From the NCBI GenBank assembly GCA_044359535.1, contig JBIKLZ010000002.1, forward strand, positions 1-64,000: a stretch of DNA of 64,000 bases. The letters are read 5' to 3'. Below are positions 55,972 through 64,000 of the stretch, one piece after another. Origin of the DNA: Chlamydiia bacterium (GTDB lineage Bacteria; Chlamydiota; Chlamydiia; Chlamydiales; 2-12-FULL-49-11). Positions within the stretch are counted from its first letter, which is position 1, and each line of letters begins with the position of its first letter. Made by a program: the position numbers and the translations under genes. Below the pieces are notes generated by a model. The model was not told where the DNA came from and did not search any database. It saw nothing but the letters and a program-made list of their open reading frames with translations.

Positions 55972-57411
55972 ATGACAACTCAAGAAATTTTAAGAGAAAA
56001 GGAGAGCTATAAATACGGCTTTCACACAGACATTGAATCAGAAGTGTTTGAAAAGGGGCTTTCTGAAGAGATCATTCGAAAAATTTCTTCTATGAAACAA
56101 GAGCCAGAATTCATGTTGGAATTCCGGTTAAAAGCGTATAAAAAATTTTTAGCAATGACTCCCCCCTCTTGGAGTAATACCACGTTCCCTCCAATTGATT
56201 TTCAAGATATTTCATATTATGCCGCTCCGAAAAATAAGCCCAAACTTGCCCATTTGGATCAGGTAGATCCAGAGATTCTCCGCACCTTTGAAAAGTTGGG
56301 GATCCCTTTAGAGGAGCAGAAAAGATTGGCAAATGTAGCCATCGATGTGGTCTTTGATTCCGTTTCTTTAGGGACCACCTTTCATAAGGTCCTTGAAGAT
56401 GCAGGGGTCGTTCTTTGTTCCATCTCTGAAGCTATACAAAAATACCCAGAAATTATAGAAAAATATTTAGGAAGTGTTGTCCCCATCGGCGATAATTTTT
56501 ATGCCGCTTTAAACTCTGCTGTTTTTTCTGATGGATCATTTGTCTATGTCCCAGAAGGGGTAAGGTCCCCTATTGAATTATCCACCTATTTTAGGATCAA
56601 TGAAAAAGAGACAGGACAATTTGAGAGGACATTAATTATTGCTGAAAAGGGCTCATATGTAAGTTATTTAGAGGGGTGTTCAGCTCCTGCCTATGATAAA
56701 AATCAATTACATGCAGCTGTAGTTGAGCTTGTTGCTTTTGACCATGCAGAGATTAAGTATTCTACCGTTCAAAATTGGTACAGTGGAGATCCAAAAACAG
56801 GTAAGGGGGGGATTTACAACTTTGTAACAAAAAGAGGGCGGTGTAAAGGGTATCGTTCAAAAATTTCCTGGGCTCAAGTAGAAGCTGGAGCCTCTATTAC
56901 ATGGAAATATCCAGGGTGTATCTTAGAGGGGGATGAGTCTGTAGGAGAGTTTTATTCTGTGGCTTTGACAAATGGCTTCATGCAAGCTGATACTGGGACA
57001 AAGATGATCCACAAAGGAAAAAACACCTCTTCTACCATTATTTCAAAAGGGATATCGGCGGATAACTCTCATAACACCTATCGGGGCCTTGTTCATGTCT
57101 CTTCAAAGGCAAAAAATGCTCGAAATTACACACAATGTGATTCTATGCTTGTGGGAAACTCTTGCAGCGCTAACACCTTCCCTTATATTGATGTCCATAA
57201 CAACACTGCAAGTATTGAGCATGAAGCCTCCACGTCAAAAATGAGTGAAGAGCAACTTTTTTACTTAGAATCAAGGGGCATTTCAAAAGAAAATGCCATT
57301 AATTTGATTGTTAACGGATTTTGCAAAGACGTCATAGCAAAGCTTCCCTTAGAATTTGCAGTAGAGGCAGAAAAATTATTAACCTTAAAATTAGAACGGT
57401 CGGTGGGATAG
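55972..57411 (+). CDS. sufB: Fe-S cluster assembly protein SufB
   Basis: [55 protein letters not shown]. Confidence 0.97.
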   Translation: MTTQEILREKESYKYGFHTDIESEVFEKGLSEEIIRKISSMKQEPEFMLEFRLKAYKKFLAMTPPSWSNTTFPPIDFQDISYYAAPKNKPKLAHLDQVDPEILRTFEKLGIPLEEQKRLANVAIDVVFDSVSLGTTFHKVLEDAGVVLCSISEAIQKYPEIIEKYLGSVVPIGDNFYAALNSAVFSDGSFVYVPEGVRSPIELSTYFRINEKETGQFERTLIIAEKGSYVSYLEGCSAPAYDKNQLHAAVVELVAFDHAEIKYSTVQNWYSGDPKTGKGGIYNFVTKRGRCKGYRSKISWAQVEAGASITWKYPGCILEGDESVGEFYSVALTNGFMQADTGTKMIHKGKNTSSTIISKGISADNSHNTYRGLVHVSSKAKNARNYTQCDSMLVGNSCSANTFPYIDVHNNTASIEHEASTSKMSEEQLFYLESRGISKENAINLIVNGFCKDVIAKLPLEFAVEAEKLLTLKLERSVG

Positions 57412-58134
57412 ATGATGTTAGAGCTAGAAAATGTGTTTGTAAGAACTTCTGATACAGAAATTATAAACGATCTTTCAATGAAAATAGAAAAAGGGAAGGT
57501 CTATGCAATTATGGGTCCTAATGGTGCGGGGAAATCCACACTTGCAAAAGCATTATCTGGACACCCTTTGTATGAAGTATTGGGTAAAATCCTTTTTGAT
57601 GGAGAGGATTTAACCTCTATGGAGGGAGAAGAAAGGGCAAAAAAAGGGTTGTTTGTCAGTTTTCAGTACCCTATAGAGATTGCAGGTCTTTCATTTATTG
57701 ATTTTCTACATGCAGCCTATCAAGGGGTTCATAAAGAAATTGAAAAAGGGGAATTTAGAAAATGGGTCGAAAAGATTGCTGTAGAAATGGAAGTAAACCC
57801 CTTATTTCTTGATCGTGGATTAAATGAAAGCTGTTCAGGTGGGGAAAAAAAGAAAAATGAGATATTACAGATGAAAATTTTAGATCCAAAATGTGTTATT
57901 TTGGATGAAACCGACTCTGGCCTTGATATTGATGCGTTAAAAGTGGTTGCTTCAGGGGTCAATTCTTTTAAAAGAGGGGATAAATCGATAATTCTTATTA
58001 CTCACTACCAACGCTTACTAGATTATATAGAGCCTGATGTGATTTTTGTCATGAAAGGGGGAAAAATTGTCAAAACTGGCGATAAAACTTTAGCCATGGA
58101 ATTAGAAGAGATGGGGTATAGCCAATGCTTTTAA
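57412..58134 (+). CDS. sufC: Fe-S cluster assembly ATPase SufC
   Basis: MGPNGAGKST, FQYP.EI.G, SGGEKKKNEI, LDETDSGLDID, ITHYQRLL. Confidence 0.97.
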   Translation: MMLELENVFVRTSDTEIINDLSMKIEKGKVYAIMGPNGAGKSTLAKALSGHPLYEVLGKILFDGEDLTSMEGEERAKKGLFVSFQYPIEIAGLSFIDFLHAAYQGVHKEIEKGEFRKWVEKIAVEMEVNPLFLDRGLNESCSGGEKKKNEILQMKILDPKCVILDETDSGLDIDALKVVASGVNSFKRGDKSIILITHYQRLLDYIEPDVIFVMKGGKIVKTGDKTLAMELEEMGYSQCF

Positions 58135-59240
58135 CCCTTCTTGAACAACCTTCTTCACAATCCTTTTTATCCGACCTACAGATGAAGGCAAAGAAAAAGG
58201 CGTTAAGTAAAACCATTTCATTGAAAGGGATTTCTTTGGAACATTTTGAAGGGATTTCTTCAGAAGGGTTTTCATTTTCCGTTGAAGGGGAGGGGGTAGA
58301 GCTTCTTTCATTGGATCAAGCGTTACAAAAATATGGCCTATTTTTAAAAAATCGTTTTGAAAAAATGCTAGTCAAAGAAGAGGGCTTTTTCTCTTTATTC
58401 AATAGAGGGTGCAGTGATCAAGTCTTTTGTCTATTTGTCCATCACTCAACCCCTTTGATAAAAATAGCGCAACACTATATCAATAACAAAAAATTTTTCT
58501 CTCCACGGATTCAGATTTTTGTGGGAAAAGGGGTAAAAACCACCTTTTTTCATACAATGGAGGTACAAGGAAAGGATAATTGTATTAATAGTTGTATCGA
58601 CATTGCCCTTGAAAGGGAAGCTCAAGTCTCCTTTTTTGAAACAGGTACAATAGATCATGACAATGATCTTTTTTTAGATACAAAAGTGACAGTAAAGCAA
58701 GGCGGCTGTTTTACTCATACAACTGGGACTTTAGGTTCAAGATCTTTTAAAAGTGAGATCTCTGCCTACCTTTTAGAAAAAGGGGCAAAAAGTCATTTAC
58801 AGGGCTTTTGGAATGGATCAAAAGATGCAGATATTTCTTTTATTGCCCACACCTCCCATTTGGCTTATGAAGCAACATCAAGGGAACACTATCAAGGGGT
58901 TTGTCACGATAAAGCAAGGGCAAGTTTTGAGGGGCAAATCTATGTGGATAAGGTGGCACAAAAAACAGATAGCTACCAGCTTTCTAAACATTTACTCATC
59001 GGAGAAAAGGCTTCGGGTTTTTCAAAACCTAATTTAGAGGTGTTTGCCGATGATGTAAAAGCATCTCATGGGGCCACAGTTTCGATGATCGATGAAGAGG
59101 CTTTATTTTATTTAATGTCGAGAGGCATTTCAAAACAAGGGGCTATAGATTTAGTAAAAAGGGCCTTTTTAGCTTTTTTTCTTAATGAAATTGGAGAAAA
59201 AGAAATTTATAAATCCTTTTTAAGGTTAATAGACCAATGA
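58125..59240 (+). CDS. sufD: Fe-S cluster assembly protein SufD
   Basis: AQKTDSYQ, KPNLEVFADDVKASHGATV, LFYLMSRGI. Confidence 0.93.
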   Translation: MLLTLLEQPSSQSFLSDLQMKAKKKALSKTISLKGISLEHFEGISSEGFSFSVEGEGVELLSLDQALQKYGLFLKNRFEKMLVKEEGFFSLFNRGCSDQVFCLFVHHSTPLIKIAQHYINNKKFFSPRIQIFVGKGVKTTFFHTMEVQGKDNCINSCIDIALEREAQVSFFETGTIDHDNDLFLDTKVTVKQGGCFTHTTGTLGSRSFKSEISAYLLEKGAKSHLQGFWNGSKDADISFIAHTSHLAYEATSREHYQGVCHDKARASFEGQIYVDKVAQKTDSYQLSKHLLIGEKASGFSKPNLEVFADDVKASHGATVSMIDEEALFYLMSRGISKQGAIDLVKRAFLAFFLNEIGEKEIYKSFLRLIDQ

Positions 59241-60385
59241 AAGAGCATTTTCCAATTTTTTCAACAAGAAAAGAGCTTATCTATCTTGATTCAGCAGCCA
59301 CAACACACAAGGTTAGATCTGTAATTGATACAATGACCCGTTTTTATTCTCAAGAATATGGAACCGTTCACAGGGGACTGTATAAAGAAGGATTAGAGGC
59401 GACACATCGACTAGAAAAAGTGCGAGAAAAAGTAGCCTATTTTATAGGGTGTGATGCACAAGAGGTGATTTTTACCCATTCAGCAACTGAAAGTCTCAAT
59501 TTAGTGGCCTATGCCTATGGAGAAAAACAGGTCAATGAGGGCGATGAAGTTTTGGTTTCTATCTATGAGCACCACTCCAACTATCTGCCATGGAAACTTC
59601 TTTGTGATCGGAAAAAGGCTTGCTTTATCCCCTTCACAGATCTTGAAGATTTTAAAAACAAGATCTCGAATAAGACAAAAATTGTGGCAATGACCCATCA
59701 ATCAAATGTCATTGGGGCGTTAACCCCACTTAAAGAAATCATAAAAATAGCACACACTTTTTCTGCAGTGGTTGTTGCCGATGGTGCGCAAGTGGTGGGC
59801 CATCACAAAGTAAATATGAAAGATCTAGATGTTGATTTTTATGCTTTTTCAGGCCATAAAATGTATGGACCCACGGGTGTAGGGGTCCTTTTTGGAAAAT
59901 ACAACTTACTTGAAAAGATGGAGCCCTTTCATGGAGGGGGGGGGATGGTTGAAAGGATTGGATCGACAGTAACCTATAGAAAGCCTCCCCATAAATTTGA
60001 GGCAGGGACCCCGATGATTGCTTCTATTTTGGGTTTGGGAAGTGCGATAGACTTTATTCAAGAGATAGGATTAGAAAAGATTGAAAAAGGCGAGTATTGC
60101 CTTTCATCTCAATTGTATGATCAAATGCAAGGATCGGTCACATTTTTGGATCCACAATGTAAAGGTTCATCTATCCTATCCTTTACAATTAATAGCCTTC
60201 ATCCAGTGGATCTATCCACATTTTTGTCTTTAGAGGGGATTTCAGTGAGGGGAGGAAATCTGTGTGCTCAGCCTTTACTAACACATTTAGGACTCGATGC
60301 TGTCCTTCGTATAAGTTTAGGGATCTATAATGATGAACAAGATGTTGAAAAATATATAAAGGCATTGAAAGCTTTATTAAAGTAA
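59237..60385 (+). CDS. sufS: Cysteine desulfurase SufS
   Basis: YLDSAAT, EHHSN, DGAQ, FSGHKMYGPTG, FEAGTP, RGGNLCAQP. Confidence 0.94.
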   Translation: MKEHFPIFSTRKELIYLDSAATTHKVRSVIDTMTRFYSQEYGTVHRGLYKEGLEATHRLEKVREKVAYFIGCDAQEVIFTHSATESLNLVAYAYGEKQVNEGDEVLVSIYEHHSNYLPWKLLCDRKKACFIPFTDLEDFKNKISNKTKIVAMTHQSNVIGALTPLKEIIKIAHTFSAVVVADGAQVVGHHKVNMKDLDVDFYAFSGHKMYGPTGVGVLFGKYNLLEKMEPFHGGGGMVERIGSTVTYRKPPHKFEAGTPMIASILGLGSAIDFIQEIGLEKIEKGEYCLSSQLYDQMQGSVTFLDPQCKGSSILSFTINSLHPVDLSTFLSLEGISVRGGNLCAQPLLTHLGLDAVLRISLGIYNDEQDVEKYIKALKALLK

Positions 60386-60416
60386 AAGAGACTTAAAATA
60401 TTTTAAGTCTCTTTTA
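60383..60416. terminator. Perfect 34-bp palindrome between convergent sufS and OMP genes; probable bidirectional terminator
   Basis: TAAAAGAGACTTAAAAT|ATTTTAAGTCTCTTTTA. Confidence 0.75.
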
Positions 60417-60440
60417 TATTATACTAGCAACAATCGATGG

Positions 60441-61499
60441 TTACATCGTGTAGGAAAGGCCAAGGTATAGACCTGGAATGTAAAAATCTCCAGCAACCCC
60501 ATTGCCTTTTTTCTGAATGAGGTCTTTTCCTTGTTGTAATAAGGTGGTAATCCCCCCTTCTAAACGGAAAAGAGCAGGTTCATCAGCTGTAGGCTTAGAA
60601 ACAAGAGAAAACCCGAGTTTATTTTCTTGATAAAATGAGTAGGAGCAACGGTCTAAAGCAGAGCTATGATCTTGGAGGATGTCCCCTTCAGAGGGTTCAA
60701 TTTTAAACTTTGTGAGGTATCCAAGAGTTTTTACTGCTTCAGATCCTTGTCTAAATCTATTTGAAATCATGAAGGCAACATCTTTAGACTCAAAGAGGAT
60801 GACCCCTGCTTCAATCTCTCCCCAAATACCCCCACCAACTGAGGACTGGTATCCTGTTTGGGTATTGGAAGCAGCACTTATTGAATCATCTAACCCTGTA
60901 ATTGTACTTTTATAGTCTAAATAGCTATAAGAAAGGCCGTAATAACTTTGCAAGAATGATTTTTTATACTGTAGGGAGTACCCTGCTAAACCGATATAAA
61001 TATTGGCTTGTGTAAGGGATTGATCGTAATGCATTGCTTGATACCCAATGGATTCGTTGTCTTTAGAAAAGACATCGTGCAAAAAGATCGCTTGGTCTTG
61101 GGTCTCTTTAAATTCTGAAAGTTCTGGATTTTTTTTGAAATAGGTCCCTTCAAGTCGGCACAGCAGTTCTGCATGCTTTACACTGATTAAAGAAAAGCCA
61201 TAAAGGGCCATTGTTAAAGAGTTGTTTGGACTAATAGATCCTTGTGGATCAAAGGGAAGTGTCCCTCCAGGCACATAGCCTAGGTGGCCGATTTCAACAT
61301 TAGAAACCGGTTTAATAGCTAAAATACCGACTCCAAAAGTATAGGAGATGTTATTATCTAAACCTACTGAATAGTCTAAAAATGGGTTGCGAGAAGGCTC
61401 TTGAGGAACTTCAGCTTTTGTGTTTTTATACATTGGCGATGGGGAAGCAAATCCTATTGAGGATATAAGTATGGTTGCTAATAAGTATTTCTTTTTCAT
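60441..61499 (-). CDS. Putative outer-membrane beta-barrel protein (divergent MOMP-like)
   Basis: Signal peptide ending GFA; alternating beta-strand pattern; C-terminal GDFYIPGLYLGLSYTM parallels the GNYSMQGL ends of its neighbours. Confidence 0.65.
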   Translation of the reverse strand: MKKKYLLATILISSIGFASPSPMYKNTKAEVPQEPSRNPFLDYSVGLDNNISYTFGVGILAIKPVSNVEIGHLGYVPGGTLPFDPQGSISPNNSLTMALYGFSLISVKHAELLCRLEGTYFKKNPELSEFKETQDQAIFLHDVFSKDNESIGYQAMHYDQSLTQANIYIGLAGYSLQYKKSFLQSYYGLSYSYLDYKSTITGLDDSISAASNTQTGYQSSVGGGIWGEIEAGVILFESKDVAFMISNRFRQGSEAVKTLGYLTKFKIEPSEGDILQDHSSALDRCSYSFYQENKLGFSLVSKPTADEPALFRLEGGITTLLQQGKDLIQKKGNGVAGDFYIPGLYLGLSYTM

Positions 61500-61574
61500 T
61501 AAGTCTCCTAGACATTTTTTTTTTCACTGTAGAGATATATGTAAACGTTTGTTTCAATAGAGTCAATCTCTTTT

Positions 61575-62627
61575 TTAGAAAATGATTCCAAACAAAGCGG
61601 TAAGTCCTTGCATAGAATAGTTTCCTGAAAGGCCCATTTGATTGCCTGGGGTATAAAATCCCATATGGCTAAACCACGTTTGCATTTCCCAAGAAAGATC
61701 AAAAAAAACAGAGAGATCTTTCAAAGGGCAGTTAAGTTTAATTCCAAGTTGCTGACTAAACATGGGCTCAACAGACCATAGATGATCTTGAATATTGAAG
61801 GAAGATAAAGAACTTCCGGTGGGGGTATCTTGGTATTGCCAAAAATCTTTTTTAGCAAGGTTGATTGAGGAGGCCACTTTTAAAAAAAGGAAGGTGTTTT
61901 TGATCCATGTATATCCAAGTTCAACGCCACCATAAGGGCCAATACACCACCAGTACATCGTATTATCAACTGTGTAGGGTAAAAAATCTGAAGGGGATAG
62001 TTGAATATGTGCATCGATCTGTAGATGGGAGGTTTCCCAAGCACCAATAACCCCTCCAAATGGGGTAAAGATGAAATCGGGAGAAATGGCAAGACTTCGG
62101 TCTAATGTTCCCCTTAAGCAGTTGAATTGATTTGTATATCTAGAGTTAAGGGTCGCAATCGTTGTATATGAACCTTCTATCCAAGGAGAGACATAGCTGT
62201 TTGATGGGTTCAAAGGAGTAAAAGAATAGGGTGGGGCGTTATAAAACCAAGTGTAGCCAGCTGAGCATTTCCAATCATCAAAATGAAGGTATTTGGCTAC
62301 CTCTACTTGAAAACCACTTTTTCCACTAAAGGAGGGGGTGACTGTATTGATGAAAGATAAAGTGTTAGATCCTTGAGGAAAAGGAGAATTTGCAAGGATG
62401 AGTCCTTCTATATATGGAACCCAGTAGGTGTATGAAAGGGAAAAAATAAAGGAGGCTTGCTCATCTCTTCTGTAATAGGGCCTTGGAATAGATAGGGCAT
62501 TTCTATTGAGAAGCTTGCCATTTTCAGGGGTAAAATGGGGCTTTTTAGTGTTGCCAGAAAAGAGAAATGAGGGTGAACAAAAAAGAACAAGGAAAAGAAA
62601 TCGATTTAAGTGAACAAGGGGATTCAT
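61575..62627 (-). CDS. MOMP-like / Lpg1974-family outer-membrane porin
   Basis: Signal peptide; YWVPY.EG, GF.V, DDW, YTWF, IGPYGG, WEMQTWFSH, GNYSMQGLT; terminal F. Confidence 0.8.
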   Translation of the reverse strand: MNPLVHLNRFLFLVLFCSPSFLFSGNTKKPHFTPENGKLLNRNALSIPRPYYRRDEQASFIFSLSYTYWVPYIEGLILANSPFPQGSNTLSFINTVTPSFSGKSGFQVEVAKYLHFDDWKCSAGYTWFYNAPPYSFTPLNPSNSYVSPWIEGSYTTIATLNSRYTNQFNCLRGTLDRSLAISPDFIFTPFGGVIGAWETSHLQIDAHIQLSPSDFLPYTVDNTMYWWCIGPYGGVELGYTWIKNTFLFLKVASSINLAKKDFWQYQDTPTGSSLSSFNIQDHLWSVEPMFSQQLGIKLNCPLKDLSVFFDLSWEMQTWFSHMGFYTPGNQMGLSGNYSMQGLTALFGIIF

Positions 62628-62651
62628 GAAGCTCCAAACAGCGATTACAAA

Positions 62652-62681
62652 ACTATATTTTTAACTATATAACTTTGTCAA
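62652..62681 (-). promoter_or_regulatory. Putative promoter of the porin gene at 62627
   Basis: TTGACA (62681-62676), 18-nt spacer, TATAGT (62657-62652). Confidence 0.6.
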
Positions 62682-62695
62682 TAGGAATCCAAGAA

Positions 62696-63694
62696 CTAAA
62701 AGGAAAGTGTAGCGGATGCAGAAAGTCCCTGCATTGAATAGTTCCCCATGACGCCCATTGGATTTGAATAGCTTTGAAAGCCATTATGAGAAAAATAGGT
62801 TTGCAGTTGCCATGCAACGTCAAAGCAAAGGGCCCATTGCGTCCAAGATAGGTTTTGGCGCAATCCAAGGAGAATCTCAATCATCGGTTCAACATTGTAA
62901 AAGCAATCCTTTTGATTGAAGGCGTAATCTGAGTGCTCACTCCCTGATTGAAAAAGAGTATGATTTGCTAAAAGTAACGCTCCAGAAGGGGTTACATAAA
63001 AAGATGAGCTCCTTGTGAAGAAAAAGGCTGTCTCTGCCCCTCCATAGGGGCCTATTGCCCACCATGACTGCTTCCAAGTATCCTCATTATAAGCGCTAGA
63101 GATGATCCCATTTTGATCCAGTATTTGAGTTTCCCATGCCCCTAAAAGGCCCATTGAAGGGGAGAATGTAAAATAGTTGCCAAGATAAAATGAACGATCA
63201 AGTGTACCGTCAATTCTGTTGAAATTGCTTTTCCAACGACTTTCTATGTAATGAGCAGTTCCAGTTTCTAAAGGATCAAAGGTTAGGCGATAGGATTGAT
63301 CTATATTTTGCCTTCCATAGGAAAAAAAGCCTGGGTTGAAAAACCATGTATACTCCAAAGAAGCGGTCCAATCATCATGGGGAGTGTGTACCCCAAGAGC
63401 CACTTTGAAGCCGCTACACTCTTTTGTCCTTGGTCTAAGGACATTTCCCCTTTCCACATCGCTTGTATTCCCTGAAAAAGCAATGGCATTGCCTTCTTGA
63501 TATGGGACCCAAAGTGTGTAAGCTCCTTCAACAAAAAAACCAAAATCAAGGTGAGAAGGGGTGGATATGGGCATGTATGAGGGCGTTTTTTGATCTAAAA
63601 AGGGAGGCTCAGTACCAAAAAGTGAACAAGGGTGAATGCAACTTAAAAAAGACCAAAGAAGAAAAAAATTCTTTATTGGAGTTATTGCTCTCAT
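62696..63694 (-). CDS. MOMP-like / Lpg1974-family outer-membrane porin
   Basis: SD GAGGT before ATG 63694; LWVPYQEG, GFKV, HDDW, FNRID, IGPYGG, WQLQTYFSH, GNYSMQGL; terminal F. Confidence 0.8.
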   Translation of the reverse strand: MRAITPIKNFFLLWSFLSCIHPCSLFGTEPPFLDQKTPSYMPISTPSHLDFGFFVEGAYTLWVPYQEGNAIAFSGNTSDVERGNVLRPRTKECSGFKVALGVHTPHDDWTASLEYTWFFNPGFFSYGRQNIDQSYRLTFDPLETGTAHYIESRWKSNFNRIDGTLDRSFYLGNYFTFSPSMGLLGAWETQILDQNGIISSAYNEDTWKQSWWAIGPYGGAETAFFFTRSSSFYVTPSGALLLANHTLFQSGSEHSDYAFNQKDCFYNVEPMIEILLGLRQNLSWTQWALCFDVAWQLQTYFSHNGFQSYSNPMGVMGNYSMQGLSASATLSF

Positions 63695-63878
63695 AGTTTT
63701 ACCTCTTGATTTAGATCTTTTAAAATTTGAATAAGGATACTTTGTATTTCTAATTGTGTCAATAAAGTTCGCTCGTAATTTGAGTAAAGTACATGTAAAC
63801 GGGAGGGGTAAAAAAAACACACTTATCTCTAGATAAATGTGTTTTTTGATCAAGACTTATATAAAGCGTATCTATTTA

Positions 63879-64000
63879 TTAGAAGCTTACTTTTACAGAA
63901 GCTGTTAAACCTTGCATTGAGTAGTTCCCCATAACTCCCATTGGGTTGTTATAGTTTTGAAACCCATTGTGCGAGAAGTAGGTTTGCATATCCCAAGCTA
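63879..64000 (-). CDS. 3' end of a further MOMP-like porin paralog (truncated by window edge)
   Basis: Translates AWDMQTYFSHNGFQNYNNPMGVMGNYSMQGLTASVKVSF*, stop at 63881-63879; absent from the ORF track. Confidence 0.85.
   Translation of the reverse strand, partial: AWDMQTYFSHNGFQNYNNPMGVMGNYSMQGLTASVKVSF

Noticed and set aside
7387-59944. G/C homopolymers of 8-9 nt (7387-7394, 25961-25968, 33994-34002, 41900-41908, 59936-59944) as phase-variation switches
   Set aside because: All lie in intact in-frame housekeeping genes at Gly or Pro codon runs, and the whole window is rich in GGG/CCC codons.
60383-60416. Perfect 34-bp palindrome as an operator or MITE
   Set aside because: Single copy between convergent stop codons with T runs on both strands, which a bidirectional terminator explains.
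104-63696. Numerous 60-135 aa ORFs overlapping larger genes (e.g. 24742-25146, 37400-37789, 49924-50202)
   Set aside because: Antisense or alternate-frame shadows of well-supported genes, with no motifs.
16530-63853. Long N-terminal extensions in the ORF track for lpdA, tdk, mcsB, rfbB, the 44336 and 55066 ORFs and the 63853 porin
   Set aside because: Family N-termini, SD positions and overlaps with neighbours support the downstream ATGs used in the feature list.
1-64000. CRISPR array, transposases, prophage genes, rRNA, alternative genetic code
   Set aside because: No regularly spaced repeats or such genes were seen, and conserved genes translate full-length and end at TAA, TAG or TGA under code 11.

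Overview
This is a 64 kb AT-rich chromosomal segment of an environmental member of phylum Chlamydiota, outside Chlamydiaceae. The assignment is inferred from chlamydial-type gene content and neighbourhoods: pbp2/tRNA-Gly/rpsB-tsf-pyrH-frr/tRNA-Glu-Lys/mcsA-mcsB, secA-psd-nth-mnmE, glgC with a metallophosphoesterase, UAP-type pyrophosphorylase-gpsA, sufBCDS, and an array of MOMP-like/Lpg1974-type porins. Most genes are housekeeping (argS, murA, epmB, lipA-lpdA, secA, ruvAC, nnr, ispD, tdk, rmlCDB-kdsB), interspersed with orphan effector-like genes and five tandem paralog sets. No transposase, integrase, prophage, rRNA or CRISPR array was seen. Main observations: (1) at least 12 genes have a -10 hexamer 6-8 nt before the start codon and no usable Shine-Dalgarno, suggesting widespread leaderless mRNAs; (2) a helical-repeat + RAP-domain protein; (3) an Inc-like hydrophobic hairpin fused to a putative 2OG-Fe(II) dioxygenase; (4) a degenerate GT9 fused to a UDP-sugar pyrophosphorylase; (5) a tdk + Pht-like MFS salvage module; (6) a signal-peptide-bearing GT10 pair near rml/kdsB; (7) two orphan genes whose Shine-Dalgarno-led starts open short out-of-frame ORFs. 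All calls come from reading motifs by eye; no searches were run, and CT locus comparisons are from memory.
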